DNA of 64,000 nt from positions 1,024,001 through 1,088,000 of the forward strand of contig OZ223236.1 in assembly GCA_965140445.1 (NCBI GenBank). Reading direction: 5' to 3'. Every line of letters begins with the position of its first letter. Position 1 is the first letter of the stretch. The translations under genes and the position numbers were made by a program. This document shows, in pieces, positions 19,478 to 28,024 of this stretch. Source of the DNA: Candidatus Ozemobacteraceae bacterium. Lineage in GTDB: Bacteria; Muiribacteriota; Ozemobacteria; Ozemobacterales; Ozemobacteraceae. Below the pieces are notes generated by a model. The model had not been told where the DNA came from. It made no database searches and saw nothing but the letters and a program-made list of their open reading frames with translations.

Positions 19478-19975
19478 ATGAAAATTTCCACTACTAGATT
19501 TGGAAAAATTGATATCGCTCAAGAAGAGATAATCACCTTTAAGGAAGGATTGCTCGGCTTTGAGGACTATCACAGTTACATTGTTCTAAATCCTGAAGAC
19601 GGTGGACCGTTCAGATGGATGCAATGTGTTGACGACGGAAGCCTTGCGTTTGTAATTATTGAGCCTCTCAGTTTCATGTTTGCATATGATCTTGAGATCT
19701 CAGATTCAGACGCTGAATTTATTGGGCTTACAAGAGCTGAAGATGCCGTTTTATACGTTATCGTTTCAATTCCTGCTAATCCTCAGGATATGACAGCTAA
19801 TCTGCAGGGGCCGATTGTGGTAAACGCAAAAAGCCGCCACGGAAGACAGGTTATTTCTACCAACAGCAGACATTCTGTGAAGGTCAGGATTCTTGACGAA
19901 ATGGAAAAAAGAGCGGCCAAGCTCAAGGAAATTCAGGATTCTCTCGACTCCGACGCTAAGGGAGGAGAGGGATAA
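19478..19975 (+). CDS. fliW: Flagellar assembly factor FliW (CsrA antagonist)
   Basis: [26 protein letters not shown] motifs; its stop overlaps the csrA start. Confidence 0.93.
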   Translation: MKISTTRFGKIDIAQEEIITFKEGLLGFEDYHSYIVLNPEDGGPFRWMQCVDDGSLAFVIIEPLSFMFAYDLEISDSDAEFIGLTRAEDAVLYVIVSIPANPQDMTANLQGPIVVNAKSRHGRQVISTNSRHSVKVRILDEMEKRAAKLKEIQDSLDSDAKGGEG

Positions 19976-20220
19976 TGCTGGTTCTAACCAGAAAGATTAA
20001 CGAAAAAATCATCATTGGTGACGATGTTGAAATTGTTCTGGTCGATATTGGCAAGGACCAGGTAAAAATTGGCATCAATGCTCCCAGAAGCGTAAAAGTT
20101 CATCGCTGGGAAGTATACGAAGAAATTCAGAAAGAAAATCGTGAAGCTGCTAAAACAGTGTCTCTTGATCCACTTAAGAGCCTTCCTCAAGATATTCTGA
20201 AAAAATTTGGAAAAAAGTAA
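19975..20220 (+). CDS. csrA: Carbon storage regulator CsrA (FliW-associated type with C-terminal extension)
   Basis: MLVLTRK...KIGINAPR...[17 protein letters not shown]. Confidence 0.97.
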   Translation: MLVLTRKINEKIIIGDDVEIVLVDIGKDQVKIGINAPRSVKVHRWEVYEEIQKENREAAKTVSLDPLKSLPQDILKKFGKK

Positions 20221-20411
20221 ATATAGGCAAAAACACGAGAAAAACAGAGAAAAGTGGAGTATAAGGAATATAAACGGTCGAAATCATTGAAATTCAGGTT
20301 AATGTTTAGTTATCAAGAATTCCGATGAGATTATAAGAACGGGGAATAAAAAAGCTACGAAGCGAAAATAAATAACGGATTAGATCCCCAACTAGTCATG
20401 GAGGCAAACCT

Positions 20412-23024
20412 ATGGCCCTGCGTATTAACCACAACATAACGGCTTTGAATTCGCACAGTAATCTGGTAAAAAATGATGCCAGACTGTCAGGTTCAATCGA
20501 GCGACTTTCATCAGGATTAAGAATTAATCGTGCTTCTGATGATGCTGCTGGTTTGACTATTTCCGAAAAGCTACGCACTCAGGTGCGCGGTATTAATCGG
20601 GCTGTCATGAACGTTCAGGACGGCATTAGTCTTATTCAGACTGCAGAAGGTGCTCTAAATGAAACGCACAGTATGCTACAGCGAATGCGTGAGCTTGCGT
20701 TGCAATCAGGGAACGACACCCTAACTACCACTGATCGCCTGGAAATTCAGAAAGAAGTTGCACAACTTAAAGAAGACATTGACCGCATTTCATACGGCAC
20801 TGAATTCAATACCAGAAAGCTCTTAGACGGCTCTGGAACCGCAACGATTTCTACCAGTGATCCAAGTAACCTTGACGGCGTTGTAGTCGGCGAGGTATTA
20901 ACCTTTTCAGATTTCTCTGTAGTTGTATGGCCTAAATCTGAATATGTTCCTGGTGTTGGACAGAAAGTCTACAGCGGAACTCCAGAACAACAGCGTTCTA
21001 ACATTTTTACTAAGACTGATGGTACTATAGCTTCCTCTGGAACTACTCTTCAGTCTATCGCAAACTTTTATGACAACAATGGTCACTTCATTCTTGATTT
21101 ACCTCAAACCCTCTATTTGCAGGGTGACAACAGTCAGGGCGAAATCGTTGTAAGTAAAGACATTACTCTTAATCAGCTTACTGAAAGAATTCAGGCTGGT
21201 ATGACAGAGGATCAGCTGGGAAAAGGGCTTCATTTTGAAGGCTCCAAGTCTCAGATGTGGACTTACGGCGAAAACAACGGTCAGATTCTTGTTACTTCAG
21301 GCAGAAACGGCGAACTAGGACGCATTAACTTTACTGGCGAAGAAAGCCTGGTTAAGGCTCTCGGTTTCCAGCAGACAGTTGTTCCTGAAGATCCGGTCTA
21401 CTCTGTTGTCAGCACCAATATTGGGGTTCCGTTTGGAGAAAGAACTCAGATTACTACTCAGATCGCTGGCCACCGTGCTGCTGGTTTGATTGAAGGTATT
21501 GATCTGATGTTTGAGCCGCCTATTAATGCGCATGTTGATACGATGTCAGCTGAAGTGGGCATTTCTATTGCTGCTCCGATCGTTTTTAATATTGATGATT
21601 CAATTTCTGCTACTGCAACAGCTCCAATAAACATCCCTGTGGGAATGTTTAGTATGAATCAGATTGCAGATATGATTAACTCGGCTCTTACAACTGTTAG
21701 TGCTCAAGTTAGAGCAAAGATAAACGATCACTATGCATTAGAACTATACAGTCTTAATACTGGTTCGGCGGCGTTTGTTTCAATTTCTAACTTACCAGTA
21801 GGCGTTCAGAATGAATTGGGCGTAGCTAACGGAAGATACACTGGAACAGGTGGAAATCCAGGCGTTGCAAATGCTTACGATGTTATTACCAGCTTCGATC
21901 TCTCCACTGGTAATAATGTTAGCTTTCAGTTAAGAGATGCTCATTCTACTGCCAGTACAACTGTAATAAATCTTTCGGGCAACTATACTGCGGGTGGCTT
22001 AAACTCAATGGTTGAAGCCATTAATATGCAGATCGGAGCAAATGGTCTCCAGGTTGTTGCCGAAAACAATAATGGCATATTAAGCTTCAGGTCTCTTGAG
22101 ACAGGCGTTGAGTCAAACTTCACAATTACTGATCTTGGCGGTGGACAGCCTATTGATACAGGTATTAAGCTTCATCCTCAAACTACCATAACTGGTTTTG
22201 ATGGTAATCCTGCTGATCAGAATTTCGCATATAATCAGGCTGCTTCAAAATGGGGATATGCAATTGTTTCCAGTGCACTGACTGCTGCTTCAGACAACTT
22301 ATCGTTCTTTGTGGCAGATCTGGATGGAAACGGTATGACTATTACTGTTTCGGCAGGTGATATCGGCTCTTCTTTCAGAGGAATTGTTTCTATTGCTAAC
22401 CTAATTAACAGCACTGCAAGTGCTAGTGGTGTAAAGGTTAATGCAGAAATCAATACTTCTCAGCAAACACTAAAGTTGTTCTCAACAATACCTGGTAAAG
22501 AGGGTAGGGTTGTAATGACTGAGCTGGGTAGCCCTGATTCAGTAAACACTCTCAAATCAATCTGGAACGTAGATCCTGTAGCATACGAAAACGGTGTTGG
22601 AAACTATTCTTACACCATGCATGTTAAGGATACTTCGATTCAATTCCAGATTGGGCCAAACCAGGGGCATGTTGCGGTCTCGAATATTATTCGAACTGAC
22701 GTGAAAGCTTTGGGAATTGAAGATCTGGATCTTACAACTGCCAAATCTTCTGAGATTGCAATTGGTTTGATTGATAAAGCTCTCCAAATGGTTTCTTCAG
22801 AACGCGCCAAACTCGGTGCGATCGAAAATCGTATGACTTACACTCAGAACAGTTTGCGCGTTGCGCTTCAGAATATGACTGCTTCTGAATCCAGAATCAG
22901 AGACGTTGACATGGCATCTGAAGTAATCGCCATGACTTCAGCTCAGATTCTCCAACAGGCAAGTAATGCTATGGTTGGACAAGCTAACTCAAGCGCACAG
23001 AGCGTTCTTCAGCTTCTCCAATAA
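20412..23024 (+). CDS. fliC: Flagellin (870 aa, divergent from the array paralogues)
   Basis: [34 protein letters not shown]-terminal SESRIRDVDMA...LQLLQ. Confidence 0.95.
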   Translation: MALRINHNITALNSHSNLVKNDARLSGSIERLSSGLRINRASDDAAGLTISEKLRTQVRGINRAVMNVQDGISLIQTAEGALNETHSMLQRMRELALQSGNDTLTTTDRLEIQKEVAQLKEDIDRISYGTEFNTRKLLDGSGTATISTSDPSNLDGVVVGEVLTFSDFSVVVWPKSEYVPGVGQKVYSGTPEQQRSNIFTKTDGTIASSGTTLQSIANFYDNNGHFILDLPQTLYLQGDNSQGEIVVSKDITLNQLTERIQAGMTEDQLGKGLHFEGSKSQMWTYGENNGQILVTSGRNGELGRINFTGEESLVKALGFQQTVVPEDPVYSVVSTNIGVPFGERTQITTQIAGHRAAGLIEGIDLMFEPPINAHVDTMSAEVGISIAAPIVFNIDDSISATATAPINIPVGMFSMNQIADMINSALTTVSAQVRAKINDHYALELYSLNTGSAAFVSISNLPVGVQNELGVANGRYTGTGGNPGVANAYDVITSFDLSTGNNVSFQLRDAHSTASTTVINLSGNYTAGGLNSMVEAINMQIGANGLQVVAENNNGILSFRSLETGVESNFTITDLGGGQPIDTGIKLHPQTTITGFDGNPADQNFAYNQAASKWGYAIVSSALTAASDNLSFFVADLDGNGMTITVSAGDIGSSFRGIVSIANLINSTASASGVKVNAEINTSQQTLKLFSTIPGKEGRVVMTELGSPDSVNTLKSIWNVDPVAYENGVGNYSYTMHVKDTSIQFQIGPNQGHVAVSNIIRTDVKALGIEDLDLTTAKSSEIAIGLIDKALQMVSSERAKLGAIENRMTYTQNSLRVALQNMTASESRIRDVDMASEVIAMTSAQILQQASNAMVGQANSSAQSVLQLLQ

Positions 23025-23058
23025 TAAAGCAGCTACTGTTGGTATAACATAGGTTTGC

Positions 23059-23087
23059 AAGGCCCGCCTTTTGGCGGGCTTTTTTTT
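23059..23087 (+). terminator. Intrinsic terminator after flagellin
   Basis: GGCCCGCC-TTTT-GGCGGGCT followed by a T-tract. Confidence 0.9.
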
Positions 23088-23300
23088 ATTCCCGAAAAGC
23101 TGTTGCCTGGCAGTAACTTACGAATTGGGTTAAAAGCTAAAGCTGTTTAATTGTTGTTGAGGCCAGGTTTGGTTAAGTATAAACTCTTGGTTGCGATTTT
23201 GGTAACGGGTTCTGTTTTGTTTGTTGGGTTGTGCGTTAACGATATCGCAACAAAATGGTTGCAATGTTATGAAACCTCTTTTTATCGCATGAATTAGATA

Positions 23301-23317
23301 TTGGCACAATAAATGCG
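23301..23317 (+). promoter_or_regulatory. Sigma54-type promoter of the trxA operon
   Basis: TTGGCACAATAAATGCG with exact GG-N10-GC spacing, about 37 nt before ATG 23354; palindromes upstream at 23190-23206 and 23247-23262. Confidence 0.65.
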
Positions 23318-23353
23318 ATGGTTGTAGAAAAACAAAAATTAGGAGATATCAAG

Positions 23354-23665
23354 ATGTCTACAACCGTTGAAAAACTCGATTCAAAAAACTTTACAGAATT
23401 TGTTGGTTCAGGAACCGCTTTAGTTGATTTCTGGGCTCCGTGGTGTGGACCTTGCCAGATGCAGCTCCCTATTCTTGATGCAGTTGCTCAGAACGTCGGT
23501 GATAAAGCAAAAATTGGAAAATTGAATGTTGAAGAAAGCCCTGATGTGGCTGCCAAATTCAGTATTTTCAGTATTCCAACTTTAATATTGTTTAAAGACA
23601 GTAAGCCGGTAAAAACATTTCAGGGCGTTCAAACTCAAGACACACTTGTTAAAGCAGTATCTTAA
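23354..23665 (+). CDS. trxA: Thioredoxin
   Basis: DFWAPWCGPC, SIPTL; ATG 23354 follows AGGAGA (the ORF-track start at 23318 is probably too long). Confidence 0.93.
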   Translation: MSTTVEKLDSKNFTEFVGSGTALVDFWAPWCGPCQMQLPILDAVAQNVGDKAKIGKLNVEESPDVAAKFSIFSIPTLILFKDSKPVKTFQGVQTQDTLVKAVS

Positions 23666-23680
23666 AGAAAGGGGCATACT

Positions 23681-26134
23681 ATGAAATTACTAATTGTTGG
23701 TGGAGTTGCTGGTGGAGCCAGTGCGGCAGCAAGAGCGAGACGCCTGGATGAAAATGCAGAAATAATAATGTTTGAACGTGGCCCTGATATTTCTTTTGCA
23801 AACTGTGGTCTTCCTTATCATATTGGAAACGTCATTGAAGACAGGGAAAGACTTCTGGTTACAAATCCAGCAGCGATGAAAGAAAAATTCAATCTTGATG
23901 TGCGGGTAAATAACGAGGTTTTAACTGTTAACCGCGAAAAGAAAGAAGTTAGAGTTAAAGATTTAATTTCAGGTAACGAATATAGCGAAAGCTATGATTT
24001 TCTTGTTCTAAGTCCTGGTGCTGCAGCAATAAGGCCGCCAATTCCGGGGTTGGATAACGAAGGGATTTTTACTCTTCGTAATCTTGAAGACATGGATGCA
24101 ATTAAATCAGCTATTAAAGACAAAAAATCTGCAGTAGTTGTGGGTGGTGGTTATATCGGTCTTGAAATGATCGAGGCTTTGCGTCATCTTGGCATGAACG
24201 TTTCTCTGGTGGAATTGGCAGAACAGGTCATGGGGCCAGCTGATCCTGAAATGGCAACGTTGCTGCACAATGAAATTAAGTTAAACGGCGTTGATCTTCA
24301 GCTTGGTAAATCTTTAACCAAAGTTGAAAAGAATGGTGAAAAACTTGAAGTAATACTTAGCTCAGGCGAATCAATTCGCACTGATGTGATAATCATGGCA
24401 ATCGGTGTAAAGCCTGAAAACAAAATGGCAAAAGAAGCTGGGCTTGAAATAGGTGTTACTGGTGGAATTAAAGTTAACGAAAGAATGGAAACCAGCGATA
24501 AAAATATTTTTGCCGTTGGTGATGCAGTTGAAGTTATTGATTTCAACACCGGCAAACCTGCTTTAATTCCTTTGGCTGGTCCGGCAAACAGACAGGGTAG
24601 AATTGCTGTTGACAATATTTTCGGCAAAGATCGAAAATATCAGCAAACCCAGGGCTCGGCTGTTTGTAAAATATTTGATTTAACTTTCGGAATGACCGGG
24701 CTTAGCGAAAAATCAGCAATTAAAAACTCAATCAAATACGATAAGGTTTATGTTCACCCGGCAAGCCATGCTTCATATTACCCAGGAGCTCATTCTATTG
24801 CATTTAAGTTGATCTATGACCCTGAAACCGGAAAGGTTCTTGGCGGTCAGGCAGTTGGCGTTGATGGTGTTGATAAAAGAATCGACGTTATCGCAGTAGC
24901 TGTTAGAGCTGGTCTTACTGTTTATGATCTTGAAGAAATTGAACTTGTATATGCTCCTCCTTATGGTTCTGCAAAAGATCCGGTAAACTATGCGGCCTTC
25001 GTGGCAGGAAATATTCTCAGAGGTGACGCAGAACACTTCCACGCAAAGGATGTCGAAAATTTTACCAACAATCAAAAGCTTCTGGATGTGAGAACTACTG
25101 AAGAAGTTGTTGCGGGAATGATAAAGGGTGCAAAGCATATTCCTTTACATGAACTTCGTTCAAGAATTGATGAGCTTGAGCCAGAAAAAGAGTATATGAT
25201 TTATTGTGCCGCTGGTCTGAGAGGTTATCTCGCATACAGGATTCTGAAACAGAAAGGATTCCGGGCAAGCAATCTTGATGGCGGTTATATGACCTATAAT
25301 ATGGTGAACGCGCCAAATAATGCTTTTTATCACAAGAAGGAAATGTCTGACGATACCGGTGGCGATTCTGATCGGGAGGCTGATTCGACAGGCTCAAAAA
25401 AACTTGATATTAAACAAAAAATTGACGCATGTGGCTTGCAATGCCCCGGACCTATCGGAAAACTTCGCAAAGCTATTGATGAAGTAGATATCGGGGAAGG
25501 TGTAGAGATTGTTTCTACTGATCCTGGATTTGCGGCTGATGTACCTGCCTGGTGTCAGACTACAGGAAATAACTGTGTTTCCGTTGAAAAAGTGCAGGGT
25601 GGTAAATATAAAGCTGTTATTCAGAAAAAAGGCCCTCAGAAGTGTAATGCCATAACCAGTTGCGAAAAAGGTATGACTAATGTTGTTTTCAGTAACGATC
25701 TGGATAAGGCTATGGCAGCGCTGATTATTGCTAATGGAGCTGCTGCTGCTGGATACAAAGTAACTCTTTTCTTCACTTTCTGGGGTCTTGCGCTTCTAAG
25801 AAAAGAGGACGGAGCGCCGGTTAAAAAGAATATTGTTGAAAAAATGTTTGGAATAATGCTTCCAAAAGGTGTTGATGGAGCCAAGTTGTCGAAAATGCAT
25901 ATGGGCGGCATGGGTACTGCAATGATGCATAAAGTTATGGCAGATAAGAATGTTTCATCGTTAAAAGAGCTTCTCGAACAAACCATTGAAAATGGAATTC
26001 GCCTTGTAGCATGCTCTATGAGCATGGATGTGATGGGAATAAAAGAAGAAGAGCTTATTGATGGCGTTGAAATTGGAGGAGTGGCAATGTACATTAACGA
26101 ATTAAGTCAGGGATCGTCTGGACTATTTATTTAA
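23681..26134 (+). CDS. CoA-disulfide/persulfide reductase fused to rhodanese, TusA/SirA and DsrE2-like domains
   Basis: GGVAGG FAD site, SFANCGLPY, GGGYIG, YAPPY; rhodanese LLDVRT...YCAAGLRG; TusA DACGLQCPGP; DsrE2 LFFTFWGL...ACSMSMDVMG. Confidence 0.9.
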   Translation: MKLLIVGGVAGGASAAARARRLDENAEIIMFERGPDISFANCGLPYHIGNVIEDRERLLVTNPAAMKEKFNLDVRVNNEVLTVNREKKEVRVKDLISGNEYSESYDFLVLSPGAAAIRPPIPGLDNEGIFTLRNLEDMDAIKSAIKDKKSAVVVGGGYIGLEMIEALRHLGMNVSLVELAEQVMGPADPEMATLLHNEIKLNGVDLQLGKSLTKVEKNGEKLEVILSSGESIRTDVIIMAIGVKPENKMAKEAGLEIGVTGGIKVNERMETSDKNIFAVGDAVEVIDFNTGKPALIPLAGPANRQGRIAVDNIFGKDRKYQQTQGSAVCKIFDLTFGMTGLSEKSAIKNSIKYDKVYVHPASHASYYPGAHSIAFKLIYDPETGKVLGGQAVGVDGVDKRIDVIAVAVRAGLTVYDLEEIELVYAPPYGSAKDPVNYAAFVAGNILRGDAEHFHAKDVENFTNNQKLLDVRTTEEVVAGMIKGAKHIPLHELRSRIDELEPEKEYMIYCAAGLRGYLAYRILKQKGFRASNLDGGYMTYNMVNAPNNAFYHKKEMSDDTGGDSDREADSTGSKKLDIKQKIDACGLQCPGPIGKLRKAIDEVDIGEGVEIVSTDPGFAADVPAWCQTTGNNCVSVEKVQGGKYKAVIQKKGPQKCNAITSCEKGMTNVVFSNDLDKAMAALIIANGAAAAGYKVTLFFTFWGLALLRKEDGAPVKKNIVEKMFGIMLPKGVDGAKLSKMHMGGMGTAMMHKVMADKNVSSLKELLEQTIENGIRLVACSMSMDVMGIKEEELIDGVEIGGVAMYINELSQGSSGLFI

Positions 26135-26152
26135 AACCACTCACAGACGTTG

Positions 26153-26184
26153 AAAGAAGGGGGGCGTAAAGCCCCCCTTCTTTT
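26153..26184. terminator. Intrinsic terminator
   Basis: AAAGAAGGGGGGC-GTAAA-GCCCCCCTTCTTTT. Confidence 0.88.
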
Positions 26185-26285
26185 GTACCGCTACAAAGGT
26201 TTTTTGTTGATTAAAGAAAAAAATGGTGCTAGGCTTAGGCCAATAAATATTGTTATTAAATAAAAAAAGAGGCAGAGGTGTTCTA

Positions 26286-27575
26286 GTGGTTAATAGAAGG
26301 GGAGTTTGGCTTTTCCTCGCTTTGTTTTATGTTGTTGTCGCATTTTGTGGATGCGGTGGCTCAGGTGGCGGCGGAGGCTTGACAAGCGGTGTTATTCCAA
26401 CTGCTGGAAAAACTCAGGTTCTTGTGACCGTTGGCTCAAGTCGGATATATTCCAGTAGATCTACTGCTGTTACAGTTTATGTAAAAGACGAATACGGCCG
26501 CGCAGTTTCTGATAAGAACGTAATGCTCTCTGCTCTTTTAGGTGGAGAACTTGATCCGGTTTCCGGAAGCACCGAAAATGGCTATTTTTATTCAAGATAT
26601 ACTGCAGGACCAGGCGCTGGAACTGAGGGTATAACTGCCATGGCTCTCGGAAATGTAGGTACCACTTCTATAATAATTTCCTCACAAATTGCAACTCCAG
26701 GAATTTCTATTGTTACCGGTGCTTCAAGGGTCGGACCAGGAAAGAAAACAACAATTGCAGTTTTTGTTTCCAGCAATGGCGAACCGGTTCCTGAGGCGGA
26801 TGTATCTCTTAGCTCCTCAATTGGCGGAGAATTTGGCGAGTCCAAAGGGGTTACTGATAAAGCGGGCTGGTATGTGACAACCTATACTGCCCCGGAAAAT
26901 GTAACCGCCCAGGATTCTGTTTCGGTTCTCTCACTTGGTGTAGCAACACAAACTATAATTTCAATTGCCAATCAAGCACCGGCTAGTTTGACTGCAAAAC
27001 TTAAGCTTTTTCCAGATGCGGTTTTTACCGGGCAAGCCTGTTTGGTTTCAGTCATTTTAACTGATGCCAATGGAAATCCGGCAAACGCAGATGTGAGTCT
27101 AGTTTGTGATTATTCTGGTAAATGGGATGACAATTCGAAAGAGTCTTATACTGCAACTGTAGTTAATGGCTTTCATCAAACGGATTTTACTGCCGGAAAA
27201 GAAGTAGGATCGGCAACAATTTCAGTGAACAGTTTTAACGGAATTTTGGCTTCGGCTGTTTTATCTATTGAGAAGCCAACGGTTAAGGTTCAGCTTTCAA
27301 TGGCTGACACTAAGGTTAAAAGAGGCAACAAGCTGCCTTTATCTGTTTTTGTCAGCGATGAGCTTTTGCGACCTTACACCGGGATGCCTGTACAGCTGAC
27401 TTCATCACTTGGTGGAGTGTTCAAGGATAATTCAGATAGCACAATTAGTGGTGGTGACACCAATGATAATGGAATTTTTATTGCATTTTTTGAGCCTGGT
27501 AATACTTCAGGCACAACTATTTTGACCGCTTATTCAGAGGGAACGGTTGCCAGTAAGTCGGTGTTGATATGGTAA
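26286..27575 (+). CDS. Lipoprotein with about 4 invasin/intimin-type (Big-1-like) Ig domains
   Basis: GTG 26286 after GAGGTG; lipobox FCG|C followed by a Gly linker; repeated V.V.D..G.P....V.L.S..GG and T..G.....YTA segments. Confidence 0.7.
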   Translation: MVNRRGVWLFLALFYVVVAFCGCGGSGGGGGLTSGVIPTAGKTQVLVTVGSSRIYSSRSTAVTVYVKDEYGRAVSDKNVMLSALLGGELDPVSGSTENGYFYSRYTAGPGAGTEGITAMALGNVGTTSIIISSQIATPGISIVTGASRVGPGKKTTIAVFVSSNGEPVPEADVSLSSSIGGEFGESKGVTDKAGWYVTTYTAPENVTAQDSVSVLSLGVATQTIISIANQAPASLTAKLKLFPDAVFTGQACLVSVILTDANGNPANADVSLVCDYSGKWDDNSKESYTATVVNGFHQTDFTAGKEVGSATISVNSFNGILASAVLSIEKPTVKVQLSMADTKVKRGNKLPLSVFVSDELLRPYTGMPVQLTSSLGGVFKDNSDSTISGGDTNDNGIFIAFFEPGNTSGTTILTAYSEGTVASKSVLIW

Positions 27576-27586
27576 CCCGAGGAATT

Positions 27587-28015
27587 ATGAAAAAGAATAA
27601 TGTTTCAGTAATAACTTTTCTTGTTGCTCTGGTTGTTTTGCCAATTTTTCTCATTGGCTGCGGGGCAGGAAGTGGCTCTTCTGTTACAGGCTTCTCGAAC
27701 GGAGCTGGTTATAATATTAGTCTTACTGTTCCTGAAACTATCAGGCCCGGTGGAACTGCCGTTATAAGAGCTCAAGCTTTAGATCCTCTTGGATTACCTG
27801 TTCCTGATGGAACAAAAGTAACGTTTTCAGCAAACATTGGAACCATTGATCAAAATGAAGTTGAAACTGTAATGGGCTTTGCTGTCTGTACTTATTCTGC
27901 ACCAAAGGATGATAACTCAGAAAATCCAATGCCTCCAACTCTGGACAAGGTTTCAGCATATGCATTGGGAGCTCTTGTTTGGTCTGAAGATATAACCATT
28001 ACTTATGGTTTCTAG
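27587..28015 (+). CDS. Small lipoprotein with one Big-1-like Ig domain
   Basis: ATG 27587 after GAGGA; lipobox LIG|C; DPLGLPVPDGTKVTFSANIG...GFAVCTYSAP. Confidence 0.7.
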   Translation: MKKNNVSVITFLVALVVLPIFLIGCGAGSGSSVTGFSNGAGYNISLTVPETIRPGGTAVIRAQALDPLGLPVPDGTKVTFSANIGTIDQNEVETVMGFAVCTYSAPKDDNSENPMPPTLDKVSAYALGALVWSEDITITYGF

Positions 28016-28024
28016 GAATAGAGG

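Noticed and set aside
20270..20330. Sigma28 promoter for the 870-aa flagellin (TCCGATGA at 20321, GTCGAAAT at 20277)
   Set aside because: The -10 matches are imperfect and the -35 spacing is off; plausible but too weak to list as a feature.
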